The notes under the pieces were generated by a model, which worked only from the letters and a program-made list of their open reading frames with translations, was not told the origin of the DNA and made no database searches. From assembly GCA_965202985.1 (NCBI GenBank), contig CBDBCF010000001.1, forward strand, positions 1,536,001 to 1,600,000: a stretch of 64,000 nucleotides of DNA. Reading direction: 5' to 3'. The position numbers and the translations under genes were made by a program. Each line of letters starts with the position of its first letter. Within the stretch, counting starts at the first letter, position 1. This stretch comes from Longimicrobiales bacterium (GTDB taxonomy: Bacteria > Gemmatimonadota > Gemmatimonadetes > Longimicrobiales > Gaopeijiaceae). Of the stretch, positions 9,610-20,719 are shown piece by piece.

Positions 9610-10203
9610 GTGCTGGCGGACCACTTCGGGACGCCCGAGACCGCCGTTCCCGACCCGCAAGGCAGGAACGCCGCCGTGGCCGTGGTCGCCCGCCCGCCGC
9701 TCGGCACCGACGATCCGCAGGTGGCCGACTGCGACCTCCTACTCATCCGGCGGGCAACCTCGCCCCGAGACCCGTGGTCCGGCCAGATGGCCTTGCCCGG
9801 AGGCCGAGTGGACCCCGCCGATCCCACGCTGGTCGCCGCGGCCGTCCGGGAGACCCGCGAGGAAACGGGACTGGCGCTGGACCCGGCTTCGCACCTGGTC
9901 GGCCGGTTGCCCGCGGTCAGGCCGGCCAGCGTCCGCCTCCCCTCGCTGACGATCTGGCCCTTCGTGTTCGGGGTCGCGCCCGGCGCGTGCGCGCGAGCGG
10001 CGAGCCCCGAAGTCGCCTCCGTCCACTGGCTCTCCGCCCGCGCCCTGTCCGACCCTCGCAACCGCGGCCGCTACCGCGATTCGGTCGGCGCCGAGACGCC
10101 CTCCGCCGAGACGCCCTCCTTCCCGTGCATCCGCATAGACGGCCAAGTCGTATGGGGGCTCACCTACCGGGTCCTGGACACGTTCCTGCGGATGTGCACG
10201 TAG
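9610..10203 (+). CDS. NUDIX hydrolase, CoA pyrophosphatase-like
   Basis: PWSGQMALPGGRVDPADPTLVAAAVRETREETG Nudix box; VWGLTYRVL; start approximate. Confidence 0.88.
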   Translation: MLADHFGTPETAVPDPQGRNAAVAVVARPPLGTDDPQVADCDLLLIRRATSPRDPWSGQMALPGGRVDPADPTLVAAAVRETREETGLALDPASHLVGRLPAVRPASVRLPSLTIWPFVFGVAPGACARAASPEVASVHWLSARALSDPRNRGRYRDSVGAETPSAETPSFPCIRIDGQVVWGLTYRVLDTFLRMCT

Positions 10204-10227
10204 GTCGGCCGCCGCCGTCCCGGGCCG

Positions 10228-11358
10228 CTACGTCCCGTCGCGCCACTCCGCTATGAACAAGTTCGTATTGCCTTCGTGCGATTCGTTTCGGTTGGACCCG
10301 AACACCAAGCGCGTGCCGCTGGGGTCGAAGACCGGGAAGCCGTCGAAGCCCTCGGACCAGGTGATCCGCTCCAGGCCCGTGCCGTCCGTGTTGATCAAGT
10401 ACAGCTCGAAGTCTCGTCCGCCGGGGTCGTCCATGTTGGACGAAAAGACGATCTGCTCGCCCGAAGGGTGCCAGTAGGGCGCGAAGTTGGCGGCGCCGTT
10501 GTTCGTGAGCCGGCGGGGGTTGGCGCCGTCGGCGTCCGCCACGTAGATGTCCATCACCGAGGGGCGGACCAAGCCCTGCGCCAGCAAGGCCGTGTAGTCC
10601 TCTTGCTCTTCGGGCGACTCGGGGTACCGGGCGCGCCAGACGATCCGCGTGCCGTCCGGGCTGTAGAACGCCCCGCCGTCGTAGCCCAACCGCGTGGTGA
10701 TGCGCCGCACGTCCGAGCCGTCGGGCAGCATGGAGTACAGGTCCAGGTCGCCGTCCCGCATGGATGTGAAGACGATGCGGTGGCCAGTCGGAGAGAACGT
10801 GGCCTCGGCGTCGTAGCCGAAGGCGGTCGTGAGCTGCCGCAGCCCCGAGCCGTCCGAGTTGGCCGCGAAGACGTCGAACGAGGGGTAGAGGGGCCAGACG
10901 TAGCCTCGGGAGAAGTCGGGGCGGGCCGGGCAGGCCTGGTCGAAGTGGTGCGTCGACGAGTAGAGGATGCGGTCGCCGCCCGGATAGAAGTACGCGCAGG
11001 TGGTGCGCCCCTTGCCGGTGCTGACCATGCGGGCGTCGCCGGTCTCGGGGTCCATCACGTAGATCTGATCGCAGCCCTGGCCGGGAACGGGCGTGGACTG
11101 GAAGACCAACTGGGAGCCGTCGAACGACCAGTAGGCCTCCGCGTTCTCGCCCTCGAAGGTGAGTTGGCGAAGGTTCGCGAGGCGCCTCTCGCCGGGCTTG
11201 GCCAGGGCGGCGTCGGCCGAGCCGTCCTGATGCGCGGCGGCGCGGGCCGACGGCAAGAAGAGGGCGACAGCGAGCAAGAAGGCGACCGCCGGCAAGAAGT
11301 TGCGGGTCGGCGCGGCGCGGGTAGGCGCAGAGAGAGCCAGCCAGAGGACGTCGGTCAT
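10228..11358 (-). CDS. TolB-like PD40-repeat beta-propeller periplasmic protein
   Basis: RQLTFEGENAEAYWSFDG, repeated YDAEATFSP / YDGGAFYSPDG / FDGFPVF; start approximate. Confidence 0.85.
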   Translation of the reverse strand: MTDVLWLALSAPTRAAPTRNFLPAVAFLLAVALFLPSARAAAHQDGSADAALAKPGERRLANLRQLTFEGENAEAYWSFDGSQLVFQSTPVPGQGCDQIYVMDPETGDARMVSTGKGRTTCAYFYPGGDRILYSSTHHFDQACPARPDFSRGYVWPLYPSFDVFAANSDGSGLRQLTTAFGYDAEATFSPTGHRIVFTSMRDGDLDLYSMLPDGSDVRRITTRLGYDGGAFYSPDGTRIVWRARYPESPEEQEDYTALLAQGLVRPSVMDIYVADADGANPRRLTNNGAANFAPYWHPSGEQIVFSSNMDDPGGRDFELYLINTDGTGLERITWSEGFDGFPVFDPSGTRLVFGSNRNESHEGNTNLFIAEWRDGT

Positions 11359-11378
11359 GTTCGTCCAGCATGTACCGG

Positions 11379-12617
11379 TCATGAATTGCCGGGTTCTTCC
11401 GTGATCGAGACTTGAATGTTGCGCCGGCGAAGCGCCTCGAGGTACGTCGCCGGCGGCATCGTTTCGTCGGGGGTGCCCACGCCCCATGCGCCGACTTGGC
11501 GGCGGGCCTGCATCAAGGCCGTGACGGCAAGCGAAAAACCCGTGGTCCGGGCCATGGCGGTGAGCTTCGTATCGCGGTCGAAGAAGTCGAGCACGTCGTA
11601 GACCACGGCTTGCGCCACGCCTTTTCTTCTTCCGGCGACTCGCACCCGAGCCACCACCATGTCGTCGCCCTTCGGATTCTCCAGCACGGGCGTCGCAAGG
11701 CGAATCAAGAACTGCCGAGGGCTGATCCGCGCTTCGCCCAACTCCACCTCCTGGTCGGCCATGAGCCCCAAGTCTCGCATGGCCGACATGATGCGGGCGT
11801 GGCCGGGGTAGCGAAGCGTCTTGTACTCCATGACCGGGATTCGACCCTCGTACCGGTAGGGCATGGTGGAGATGCCGCCGCCCGTGAAAAAGGCCTCCAG
11901 TTCGCCGGCGGGTTCTGCCGAGAAGCCCGGACCACGCCGCGCGCCGTTGTCGGGGCCGTCCGCACCGTCCGTGGCGTCGGCAACGTCCGCGTCGCCGAAG
12001 CGAACCGTCTCCAGCCCGGAAAGCGCCTCCACCGTGGTCACCTTGCCGTCCCGGAGGACTACCGCGGGCGTCACGTAGTAGTCCAGGACGCCCTCCAGGG
12101 AGTAGACGATCTGGTAGTTCAGCGGCGGCTTCGGGTTTTGGGGAAGCCCTCCGACCCAGATTCGCACCGAGTCCACCGAATCCATGCGGCGGATTCCGTC
12201 CTCGGCAAGGATGTTGACCATGCCGGGCGCCAGCCCCGTGTCGGGCACCACCGACAGCTCCCGTTCGAGGGCCAGGTCGTGGAGGCTACGCTGCCGCCCC
12301 ACGATCTCGGTGTTCCCGCCCAGGTCCGCGAAGTGCACGCCGGCCTCCACCGCCAGTCGCGCCATGTCGAAGTTGAGGCGGTAGGGAAGCGCGCACAGGA
12401 CCCCGGTCGTTCCATGCATGGCGGTGCGGACCTCGTCGTCCACGGCGGCGTCCAGCTTGCGCAACTCGAGTCGCCCGCCCAAGTGCGGCTCCAGACACGG
12501 ATGGACGCGGTCCACGCTCAAGTCGGCCACCAAGACGCGCTCCACGTCGTCCTGCCGAAGAAGGTCGAAGGCCGCCGCGGAGCCCTGCGCGCCGCCGCCC
12601 AAGACGAGGAAATTCAC
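11379..12617 (-). CDS. Saccharopine dehydrogenase / lysine 6-dehydrogenase family
   Basis: [43 protein letters not shown]. Confidence 0.88.
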   Translation of the reverse strand: MNFLVLGGGAQGSAAAFDLLRQDDVERVLVADLSVDRVHPCLEPHLGGRLELRKLDAAVDDEVRTAMHGTTGVLCALPYRLNFDMARLAVEAGVHFADLGGNTEIVGRQRSLHDLALERELSVVPDTGLAPGMVNILAEDGIRRMDSVDSVRIWVGGLPQNPKPPLNYQIVYSLEGVLDYYVTPAVVLRDGKVTTVEALSGLETVRFGDADVADATDGADGPDNGARRGPGFSAEPAGELEAFFTGGGISTMPYRYEGRIPVMEYKTLRYPGHARIMSAMRDLGLMADQEVELGEARISPRQFLIRLATPVLENPKGDDMVVARVRVAGRRKGVAQAVVYDVLDFFDRDTKLTAMARTTGFSLAVTALMQARRQVGAWGVGTPDETMPPATYLEALRRRNIQVSITEEPGNS

Positions 12618-15184
12618 GTTTCGTCTGCCGCCGTCGCTGCTGTCGCCGCCGGATCGAAGATGGTGCCCGCCTCCATGCCTGCCCCTGCGTCGGCGGCCTC
12701 TTGCGTCTCGGCGTCCTGCGTCCCGGTGCCCGGCGTCCCGGCCCCGTCGTCGTAGGCCCGCGTGGCCGCGACGATCCGGTCTCCCGACGCCGGCTCGACA
12801 AGCTGCTGCCCCCGCGCGTTGCGCCTCAGCATGGCAACCTGGGCAGCCGTCCGTCGCGTCAAGACGCCGCCGCCGGACACCAGCATCACCTGCTCGTCGT
12901 CCACCGCCTCGAGCGCCGACACCAGCCGGCCGCCCCGATCGTCGAGGACGATGGCCCGCATCCCCAACCCGCCGCGCTTCTGCACCGAAAACTCGGCCAG
13001 GGGCACGCGCTTCCCCGCCCCGCTCTCCGTCACCATGAGCAACGAGGCCTCCCGGACCAGGACCACGAAGCCCACCACCTCGTCGTCGCCCCGCAGCCCG
13101 ATCCCCTTCACGCCCTGGGCGGTCCGGCCCACGACCGAAACTTGGTCTTCCGGAAAGCGGATCGCCCGCCCGGCCCCCGTCACGAGCATGAACTGGGCGT
13201 CTCCCGCTGTCAGGGCCACGTTCACGACCTCGTCGCCGGGACGCAGCGTCACGCCCAGCAGCCCGCCGGCGCGGGGGTGCGAGAACTTCGCAAGCGGCGT
13301 CCGCTTCACCACGCCTTGGCGGGTGGCGAAGGCCACGTACTTGTCCTCGTTCAGGTCGTCCACGGCGCGAACCGCCACGATCGCGTCCTGGCGCTCGATT
13401 CCCAACAGCCCGTGCAGCGGACGACCCCGCGACGCCCGCCCGGTCTCGGGCACGCTCTCCACCCGAAGGAAGTGCACGTGGCCCCGGCTCGTGAACGCCA
13501 GAAGCCAGCCCTGGGAACGAGCGACGGACACGGTCTCCAGGTAGTCGTCTCCGTACTTGGCCATGTCGGCCTGGGGCCGGCCGGCCCTGGCCCGCCGCTG
13601 GTAGAGCCCGACCGACAGGCGCTTGGCAAAGCGCTGGCGCGACAACACGACGACCACGTTCTCGTCCGCCGCCGCCGACTCCACGTAGGAGAAGTCCAAC
13701 TTGTCCGCGTCGTCCAGGATCACCGTCCTCCTGGGGTCGGCAAAGCACTGAGCGACTTGGTCCAGCTCGTCCAACATGACTCGAAGCTGAAGGGCCTCGT
13801 CCTTCAGCAGCGCCCGAAGGCTGCGGATCGCTTTTGCCAGCTCCGCCTTCCGTTCCTGCAGTTGAACGCCCTCCAGCGACGTGAGCCTGGCCAGCCGCAT
13901 GTCCAGGATGGCGCCCGCCTGCACGTCGCTGAGGCCGAATCGGTGCTGCAGCCGTTCGGACGCCTGCGCCCGGTCGGCGGAGCCGCGGATGACGGCCACC
14001 ACCTCGTCGATGTGAGCCAACGCCGCCAGCAACCCTTCGACGACGTGCAGGTCCGCTTCCGCCTTCTCCAGATCGAAGCGCGACCGCCGGCGAATGACCT
14101 GCAGACGGTGATCGCGAAAGCGCTCCAGCAGCTGCTTCAGCGTGAACTCGCCGGGTTGCTTGCCGCCGTCCAGGGCCAGCAGGATCGCCCCGAACGTGGA
14201 TTGGAGCGCCGTCTTCCTGAAGAGCGTGGCCAAGACGCGCCCCGCCCCGGCGCCGCGCTTCAGCTCGACCACCAAGCGGATGCCCTCTCGGTCCGACTCG
14301 TCCCGCAGGCCGGCCACCTCGGGAAGCGCCCCCTTGCGCGCCAGCCCCGCGATCTGCGCCACGATCCGCGACTTGGACACCGCGTAGGGAAGCTCGCTCA
14401 CCACCAGCTGGCGCCGCCCGCCCCGCAGCGACTCGGTGGCCACGCGGGCGCGCATCGTCATGCGTCCCCGACCGGTCTCGTACATGGCGCGGATGCCTTC
14501 GCGCCCCACGATGAAGCCCCCGGTCGGGAAGTCGGGCCCCGGCAGCTTCTCCATCAGGTCGGCCACCGTGCACTCCGGGTCCTCGGCCAACGTCCGGAGC
14601 GCCTCCGCCACTTCGCCCAAGTTGTGCGGGGGCACGTTGGTGCTCATGCCCACCGCGATGCCCGCACTGCCGTTGACCAGCAGGTTGGGAATGCGCGAGG
14701 GCAGGACCGCCGGCTCCTCCAGGCGGTCGTCGAAGTTGGGCTCCCACGGCACCGTGTCCTTCTCGATCTCGGCCAGGAGCTCGGTGGCCGCCGCCGACAG
14801 CCGGGCCTCCGTGTAGCGGTACGCCGCCGCCGAGTCGCCGTCGATGGAGCCGAAGTTCCCCTGCCCGTCCACGAGCGGGTAGCGCAAGGCGAACGCCTGC
14901 ACCATGCGCACCAAGGCGTCGTAGACCGCCGAATCGCCGTGGGGGTGGTACTTGCCCAGGACCTCGCCCACCACGGTGGCGCACTTCTTGTGGGGCTTGT
15001 CCGGCTGGAGGCCCAGCCCGTGCATGGCGAAGAGGATGCGCCGGTGGACCGGCTTGAGGCCGTCCCGCACGTCGGGGAGCGCCCGCTGGACGATGACGCT
15101 CATGGAGTAGTCGAGGAACGAGTCCCGCATCTCGCGCTCAATGACGCGCGGCAAGATGCGTTCGCGCTTCTGGGCTACGGACAT
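12614..15184 (-). CDS. gyrA: Type IIA topoisomerase subunit A (GyrA/ParC paralogue)
   Basis: [37 protein letters not shown] catalytic Tyr, C-terminal pinwheel repeats; GyrA-box degenerate. Confidence 0.88.
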   Translation of the reverse strand: MSVAQKRERILPRVIEREMRDSFLDYSMSVIVQRALPDVRDGLKPVHRRILFAMHGLGLQPDKPHKKCATVVGEVLGKYHPHGDSAVYDALVRMVQAFALRYPLVDGQGNFGSIDGDSAAAYRYTEARLSAAATELLAEIEKDTVPWEPNFDDRLEEPAVLPSRIPNLLVNGSAGIAVGMSTNVPPHNLGEVAEALRTLAEDPECTVADLMEKLPGPDFPTGGFIVGREGIRAMYETGRGRMTMRARVATESLRGGRRQLVVSELPYAVSKSRIVAQIAGLARKGALPEVAGLRDESDREGIRLVVELKRGAGAGRVLATLFRKTALQSTFGAILLALDGGKQPGEFTLKQLLERFRDHRLQVIRRRSRFDLEKAEADLHVVEGLLAALAHIDEVVAVIRGSADRAQASERLQHRFGLSDVQAGAILDMRLARLTSLEGVQLQERKAELAKAIRSLRALLKDEALQLRVMLDELDQVAQCFADPRRTVILDDADKLDFSYVESAAADENVVVVLSRQRFAKRLSVGLYQRRARAGRPQADMAKYGDDYLETVSVARSQGWLLAFTSRGHVHFLRVESVPETGRASRGRPLHGLLGIERQDAIVAVRAVDDLNEDKYVAFATRQGVVKRTPLAKFSHPRAGGLLGVTLRPGDEVVNVALTAGDAQFMLVTGAGRAIRFPEDQVSVVGRTAQGVKGIGLRGDDEVVGFVVLVREASLLMVTESGAGKRVPLAEFSVQKRGGLGMRAIVLDDRGGRLVSALEAVDDEQVMLVSGGGVLTRRTAAQVAMLRRNARGQQLVEPASGDRIVAATRAYDDGAGTPGTGTQDAETQEAADAGAGMEAGTIFDPAATAATAADET

Positions 15185-15283
15185 TCGGGCTCCCTGGGCG
15201 CCGGCGGGCGGTCGTGGGCGGGGGGACCCGGCGTTGCGGGCCGGAGCTTCCGCCCCGAATCTAACGAGTTGCGGCTGCGCGCT

Positions 15284-16177
15284 TCACCGCCAGGCTCCCG
15301 GAATCGTCCCCCTTTCCGACACTTGCACGGCGTCGCCCACGCGAACGGTGTCCGTGCCCAGGTGGACGGCGTTCAGGCCGAAGTAGATGTGCCCCTTGAT
15401 GCGCCGATAGAGGGCCAAGGTTCGCAACGGTTCGGAGTCCGGGTCGAGCGTGCCCCGGTCCTGCTCGACCGTGGTGACCTTGCATCGCGCACACAGCTTG
15501 ACGCCGCGCAGGGCCAAGCCGCCGACCGCGAAGCGCCGCCAGGCGTCCTCGTCGTGGGGCGGGGCGCCCGAGACCACGATGTTGGGCCGGAAGCGGTCCA
15601 TCGGGACCGGGCGTCCCGCGCGGCGCGACAGCTCGGCGACGGAGCCCTCGTTCGCGACCAGGACCGGATAGCCGTCGGCGAACCCCACGCGGTGCCCCTC
15701 GGCGTAGGCGGGATCGGTCTCGCGGACGGCGTCCCCGCCCAGGTACGCCAAGCGACATGGCTGGCCCAGGAGCTCCGAAAGCCACTCGTCTCCGGCGGGC
15801 GGCCCGGTGCGAGCGTCCACCTCCGAACTCCACACCCGCACGCGCAGCGCGGGACCGTCGGACTCGATCGGCAGCCGGACCGCCTCGCCTTCCGGGGCGC
15901 GGAGCTCCAAGACATCGGCGTCCAGCCGGGGCCGCACCACCGCCAATCGGGGCGCGTCGCGCTGGGTCATGAACTCGCCGTCGGGCCGGACCACCATCCA
16001 CCGCCGGTCGAAGCGCGGGCCCGCTTGGTCGAACTCCAGGGCGTCCAGATCGATCCCCGCGCCGCCTTTGAGCGGATGAATCCGCAGCCGGGAGACTTGG
16101 AGACCGCCCGCCGACTGGGGCGCCACCGCCGTGGGCGTCACAGCCCCGGGGGCCGGAGCTTGCCGCCGCCCCGTCAA
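15284..16177 (-). CDS. MOSC domain protein (YcbX/mARC-like)
   Basis: RIHPLKG..DRRWMVV..FADGYPVLV..RFRPNIVV..CARCKVTT; start approximate. Confidence 0.88.
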   Translation of the reverse strand: MTGRRQAPAPGAVTPTAVAPQSAGGLQVSRLRIHPLKGGAGIDLDALEFDQAGPRFDRRWMVVRPDGEFMTQRDAPRLAVVRPRLDADVLELRAPEGEAVRLPIESDGPALRVRVWSSEVDARTGPPAGDEWLSELLGQPCRLAYLGGDAVRETDPAYAEGHRVGFADGYPVLVANEGSVAELSRRAGRPVPMDRFRPNIVVSGAPPHDEDAWRRFAVGGLALRGVKLCARCKVTTVEQDRGTLDPDSEPLRTLALYRRIKGHIYFGLNAVHLGTDTVRVGDAVQVSERGTIPGAWR

Positions 16178-16497
16178 ACGGGTCCGGCGACCGTCCAGCC
16201 CGGACCGACGGGTCCCGCGCCGTCCCCCGTGACGTGCACGTCGATCCGCCCCGTGCGCGCCAGCCGTGCGTGAGACGGCCGACCCCCGGACACGGCGAAG
16301 CCCGCGACGCGCAACCTGCACGAATCTCCCTCGTCTAGGGCGGCGACCAAGTAGTGCCCCTTCAGCTCCCGGAGCCCAGGGGCCTGCCCGGCACCTAAGC
16401 GGAGCCGCAGGATGCGGCCCCCGTGCGGATGGTCGTAGGCGTCGATGACGCGGAACATGGCCTTGTGCGACCCCTTCAGCGGCGATGGAGCGGTCAT
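16174..16497 (-). CDS. Hypothetical protein
   Basis: MTAPSP..FRVIDAYDHPHGGRILRLRL; overlaps its neighbours by start/stop coupling. Confidence 0.65.
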   Translation of the reverse strand: MTAPSPLKGSHKAMFRVIDAYDHPHGGRILRLRLGAGQAPGLRELKGHYLVAALDEGDSCRLRVAGFAVSGGRPSHARLARTGRIDVHVTGDGAGPVGPGWTVAGPV

Positions 16498-17336
16498 GTC
16501 GCTCTCCCGGTTGCCGTGCGCGACGGAGCGGGCGTACGAGTTCGTGAAGCCGCGCCGGGCGGTCGCGCGGGAGAGCTTCCCCGAAGCCCCGGCGGCTCGC
16601 GCTCGAAGACGCGCAGGAACCAGTCGCGGAATGCGTCCGCCCGCGCCGGGTCGCCTTCGCTCCACGCCTTGCGAGCCTCCACGAACTCGTTGGGTCGGGC
16701 CGTCAGAATGAAGTCTTCCAAGTAGCCGTTCTCCTTGGCGTAGGCGAGTTCGTCCAACAGCCCGTAGGGGGGCTCGTCGAAGATCGACCGCTGGTAGACC
16801 CACACATCCGCCACCCGCGAAAGGACTTGCTTCTCGAGATCGAATGCGTCCACGCCAACCGCTTCGGGCAGCCACTTGTCCAAGCGGTCTTGCGCGGCCA
16901 TGAGGTGATAGTGGGCGTAGATCGTGTAGCTCCGGGCGGCGCCGGGCCGGCCTTGGACCTCAAGCCGGGCCGTGTCGCCCGCTTCGTTCAGCTCCAGCGT
17001 CTCCCAGGGGTAGACGGGTCCCTCGGCCACGTTCGTGTAGATCATGAACGAAGGGTCGAGCTGGATGCTGTCCCACTGTTCGCGCACCCAGGCGTCGACC
17101 TCCTCCATGCGCTCCTTGGCGGGCGCCAGTCGTTCGCCCGAATAGACGACCAGGCGCCGGGGCTCGGGCAACTCGACTTGGCCGGTTCCGCAGGCAAACG
17201 CGAAAGAGCCTCCTGCCCAGGCCAGCGCAAGGACGGCCGGGGCCGGCAGCTTGGGCGATCTCCTCGGCAGCGAGCGCGCTTGCCGGCGAAGCGCTCTGAG
17301 GCGAATGGATGGTGCGGGGCAGCGGGACTTGTGCAT
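16494..17336 (-). CDS. Hypothetical lipoprotein
   Basis: FAFAC lipobox followed by LPEPRRLVVYSGERL; start approximate. Confidence 0.7.
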   Translation of the reverse strand: MHKSRCPAPSIRLRALRRQARSLPRRSPKLPAPAVLALAWAGGSFAFACGTGQVELPEPRRLVVYSGERLAPAKERMEEVDAWVREQWDSIQLDPSFMIYTNVAEGPVYPWETLELNEAGDTARLEVQGRPGAARSYTIYAHYHLMAAQDRLDKWLPEAVGVDAFDLEKQVLSRVADVWVYQRSIFDEPPYGLLDELAYAKENGYLEDFILTARPNEFVEARKAWSEGDPARADAFRDWFLRVFEREPPGLRGSSPARPPGAASRTRTPAPSRTATGRAT

Positions 17337-17489
17337 TGTGGGCCAAAGGGGTTCGGTTGACGACGACGGGCAACGCAACGTCGCCCGCACGTATTCTAAC
17401 AATGAGACGCCGTCGCGTTCCGCCAGGGTTTCCCCGTGGCGGGCACTCGCCGAAAACGAGAAAGGGCTCCGCGCTTGATCGCCACCGCC

Positions 17490-18002
17490 ATGACGCCGGC
17501 CCAGCTGGGACAAAGCCTTGCCCACCACGTGTGGGAGAGCCTGGGAGACGTGCTGACCGATCCGGCGAGCCTGGACGTGCTGCGGCGCTTGAACGCGCTG
17601 GAGCCCGGAGGCGGCCCCACCGAACGGGCGGGAGAGGAGCTCCTGATTTACCTGCTGTGGGCCTACACGCGGGGCGTCCAGCAGGCCCGAACGGACAGCG
17701 GCCCCGGCGTGGCGCGCGCCGCGCTGGATGCGCTCCACAAGGCCGTGTTCGACGACATGATCGACAACGGGACCCTTCGGGACGAGCTCCCCCTGTTCGA
17801 AGAGCGACTGCGGGCGCGCTACGCCGAGTACGGGCAGGCGGCCTCGGCCTCGGACGAGGCGGTGGGGGCGGCCGTGATCCAAGCCGTCACCGGCGGCCGG
17901 TCCGGGAGCCGGGAGGACGCTCGAACGATGGCCGCCGCGGCCGTCGGCGTCAGCAGCCCGGTCGGCGACTTCTACGCCGCGGTGAACTTGGTCGAGGACT
18001 GA
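17490..18002 (+). CDS. Hypothetical protein
   Basis: Host-like codon usage; helical sequence EELLIYLLWAYTRGVQQA. Confidence 0.65.
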   Translation: MTPAQLGQSLAHHVWESLGDVLTDPASLDVLRRLNALEPGGGPTERAGEELLIYLLWAYTRGVQQARTDSGPGVARAALDALHKAVFDDMIDNGTLRDELPLFEERLRARYAEYGQAASASDEAVGAAVIQAVTGGRSGSREDARTMAAAAVGVSSPVGDFYAAVNLVED

Positions 18003-18214
18003 CGGCCCTCGGGCTCGTCGGCGCCCGCGTCCGCGTCCCGCCAGCGCAGAACTTCGAACGGACTTCGGCAGTCGTCGCACCAGCAAGCGGACAGGGATGC
18101 GTGGCTGCCGAACGGAGACGCGACCTGGGTCCGGGTTCCGTCGCAGAACGGACACCGGGGCGGACCGCCCGCCCGGACCAACCTGCTCGCGCGCTCGTCT
18201 TCCAAGTGCTGCAA
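17972..18214 (-). CDS. PaaD-like zinc-ribbon protein
   Basis: CPFCDG..SPFGSHASLSACWCDDCRSPFE, like the PaaD C-terminal domain. Confidence 0.75.
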   Translation of the reverse strand: MQHLEDERASRLVRAGGPPRCPFCDGTRTQVASPFGSHASLSACWCDDCRSPFEVLRWRDADAGADEPEGRQSSTKFTAA

Positions 18215-18222
18215 GGCGGAGG

Positions 18223-19032
18223 CTACTCGACGAACAGCGCCCGGTTGCGATCGCCCCGAGCCCGCTCCACGGCGTCCTCGGCGGGTGCGCCCGGACCCCG
18301 CCGCCGCTCCGCGTTCCATCCCCCGCGGTCCGGTTCCACGCTCCGCGGGCGCAGCCCCACGGCCTCCAACACGCCGCCGGCCAGCTCGTCAAAGCGCTCC
18401 AGCACGCGGCCGCTCGCCCAGACGGCGCCGTCGTCCGCCATCGACCCGTAAGCCTGGTCGTCGGGCGCCAACCAAGCCAACGTGGAGGGCAAGAACGCCT
18501 CGACCGCCGCCTCCAACCGTTCCGCGCCCTCGCCGCCCGCCTCCGTCAGCCGAGCGAACCAAGCCGCCCCGAACTGCCGATGGTAGCTCTCTTCGGCCAG
18601 CATCTTCGGTACCCGCGAGCGCGCCAAGTCGAAGCTTCCGGCCGCGAAGCTCTCCAGCGCGACCTCCAAGGCGCCGTCCACGACGACCACGGCAGCCACG
18701 AAGTCCGCCCAGTCGGCGAACGGCGCGTCCAGGGCGGGCGCCGAGTAGTAGCGGCGGGCGGGCCGCTCGTGCTCCACCTCGAAGGGGTCGAAGCCGAACC
18801 GCTTGAGCATGGAGTAGAGCAGCCGCGCGTGTCCCCACTCGTCCTGCGCCATCGACGAAGCCGCGATCCCCGTTTCGATCGACGGACTGCCCAGCAGCCA
18901 GTCGCTGTACCGAATGCCCAGCAGACGCTTGGTGTCCGCCAGGGAAAGGATGTGGCGGGCGAGCGGCTCCGGTGCGGCGCCGGTGCCCGTCGAGGCTTCT
19001 GCCCCCGGCGTTCCGCCAAGTTCGCCCGTCAA
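18223..19032 (-). CDS. paaC: Phenylacetyl-CoA epoxidase subunit C-like (ferritin-like)
   Basis: LADTKRLLGIRYSDW..MAQDEWGHAR..EESYH. Confidence 0.8.
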   Translation of the reverse strand: MTGELGGTPGAEASTGTGAAPEPLARHILSLADTKRLLGIRYSDWLLGSPSIETGIAASSMAQDEWGHARLLYSMLKRFGFDPFEVEHERPARRYYSAPALDAPFADWADFVAAVVVVDGALEVALESFAAGSFDLARSRVPKMLAEESYHRQFGAAWFARLTEAGGEGAERLEAAVEAFLPSTLAWLAPDDQAYGSMADDGAVWASGRVLERFDELAGGVLEAVGLRPRSVEPDRGGWNAERRRGPGAPAEDAVERARGDRNRALFVE

Positions 19033-19277
19033 CGCCCCGCCTTCGCTGGTCCCCAAGGTCCGTCGTGCCGGTTGACCGGGATCACCGCCGCCCTGGGCAC
19101 CACGCACATCTCGAACCAGTTCTCCTCGTCGTACGTCTTCCAGGCGTAGACGCGGGCCAAGTCGTCGCCGGGGGCGTCCACGTATCCCACGTGGCGAAGC
19201 GGCTCGCCCCGGCTCTTCCGGGCGAACACCTCGTACACGCCTTCGCCCAGAGCGGTCCGCCGCGAACCGGCGCTCAC
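19029..19277 (-). CDS. paaB: Phenylacetyl-CoA epoxidase subunit B-like
   Basis: YEVFARKSRGEPLRHVGYVDAP..VVPRAAV. Confidence 0.8.
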   Translation of the reverse strand: MSAGSRRTALGEGVYEVFARKSRGEPLRHVGYVDAPGDDLARVYAWKTYDEENWFEMCVVPRAAVIPVNRHDGPWGPAKAGR

Positions 19278-19690
19278 GCTCCCACTCCCACCCCGAAACG
19301 CCGCAGCTGCTCGCGACCCCGGTCCGTGATCCGACTCGTAGTCCAGGGCGGGTCCCACACCTCCCGCACCTCCACCGAATCGACCCACGGCTCCCGGCCC
19401 AGCCGATCCCGCACATCGGTCTTGATGAACTCCATGCACGGACAGGCGGTCGCCGTGAACGTCAGGTCCACCCGTGCCGCGCCGCCCTCGAACGCCACGC
19501 CGTAGACGAGCCCCAGGTCGACCAGCGACACGGGCAACTCCGGGTCCAGGACCTCGCCCAACGCCGCCCGAAGCGCGGCCGCCCCGTCCGCCGGCGCCTC
19601 GGCCAACGGCGCCGACCAGCGGTCCCGACCTCCCGAAGCCCCCGGCCAAGCCCCCGGATGACGCTCGCGCAGAGCCGTCAGGGCACGCAC
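19274..19690 (-). CDS. Metal-sulfur cluster assembly factor (DUF59/PaaD N-terminal domain)
   Basis: VLDPELPVSLVDLGLV..TFTATACP..WDPPWT. Confidence 0.85.
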   Translation of the reverse strand: MRALTALRERHPGAWPGASGGRDRWSAPLAEAPADGAAALRAALGEVLDPELPVSLVDLGLVYGVAFEGGAARVDLTFTATACPCMEFIKTDVRDRLGREPWVDSVEVREVWDPPWTTSRITDRGREQLRRFGVGVGA

Positions 19691-20667
19691 GCCGCCCCTG
19701 TCGCCCCTTGGCTCAGCCACGAGGCCACGGCGCCCCGGGACCGCCGCACCGACTCCACGTAGACCTCGTTCATGGGGCCGCGCCCCTTCCAGCGCTCGAA
19801 GACCGCGTCCCACCCGATCTCGCCCTCGTCGAACAACCAGCGCTTCTCCTCGGGGTCGTACTGGCAGGGGAAGGGATAGTCCAGCACATACTGATCCTTG
19901 GCCGCGTCGTAGTGCGCCGGTGCCGTCAGCCCCAGCTCTTCGCACAGGGGAACCGTCGACGACATCCATACCTGCCGAAGCTCGTCGTTGGTCAGTCCCT
20001 TCAGCCGGTAATCGAGCTGTCCGCTGTGGCGCTTGAGGTTGTCGGGCAGGCCGAACCACTCCACCGTCATGGGAAACATCCAGTCCACGCAGCGTTGCAG
20101 CAGCTCGGTGGCGGCCCCGCCGGCCCGCGCCAGCCGTCGCATCCAGACTTCGCCGTGGCGCAGGTGAAAGGTCTCCTCCATGTCCACCTTGACCAGCGCT
20201 CGCTTGAGCGGACCGTAGGACGTGTTGCGGTGCACGTCGCCCAGCAGCGTGATCCCCGCCCGGTCGAAGAAGCCGTTGGCCACCACCAGCTCGGCCCAGT
20301 TGTCCAGCGGCTGGTCGAAGCCGTAGGGGTGCTTGAAGTGGCGGGGCTCCCGGCCGTAGACCAGCTGCTCCTTGGACTCGCCCAGGTCCTCCAACAGACG
20401 GTACGCGATGTTGGCGTGCGCCAGCTCGTCCTGAATGATCGCGTGGGCGCTGACCTGCGTGTTCGTGGACGGAGCGTGGCGGGCCGCCATCCAGTAGGCG
20501 GGCGCGCTGATCAGCTCCGTGTCCGCCTGCACCGTGAGCTGCACGACCAGGGCCTTCCGGTAGCCCGGCGTCATCTCCTCGACCGATTCGACCACGTGGC
20601 CGTCTCGGATCTTGGCCTTGAGCGCCTCTTCGGCCTTCAGTTCGGCTTCGGTGTATTGGCGCGGCAT
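19678..20667 (-). CDS. paaA: Phenylacetyl-CoA epoxidase catalytic subunit A-like
   Basis: QADTELI..QDELAH..TSYGPLKRAL..EETFHLRHG di-iron motifs. Confidence 0.85.
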   Translation of the reverse strand: MPRQYTEAELKAEEALKAKIRDGHVVESVEEMTPGYRKALVVQLTVQADTELISAPAYWMAARHAPSTNTQVSAHAIIQDELAHANIAYRLLEDLGESKEQLVYGREPRHFKHPYGFDQPLDNWAELVVANGFFDRAGITLLGDVHRNTSYGPLKRALVKVDMEETFHLRHGEVWMRRLARAGGAATELLQRCVDWMFPMTVEWFGLPDNLKRHSGQLDYRLKGLTNDELRQVWMSSTVPLCEELGLTAPAHYDAAKDQYVLDYPFPCQYDPEEKRWLFDEGEIGWDAVFERWKGRGPMNEVYVESVRRSRGAVASWLSQGATGAACVP

Positions 20668-20719
20668 CTCGCGTCGGCTCCCTCGTTCTCGGGCGCGTCC
20701 GTCTCGTCTCGGCGCCGGC

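Noticed and set aside
12701..16273. Very long ORF on the + strand (also 22557..25841, 31994..34231, 43003..44850 and similar)
   Set aside because: Antisense or off-frame shadows of real genes in high-GC DNA; Arg/Pro/Gly-rich with no motifs.
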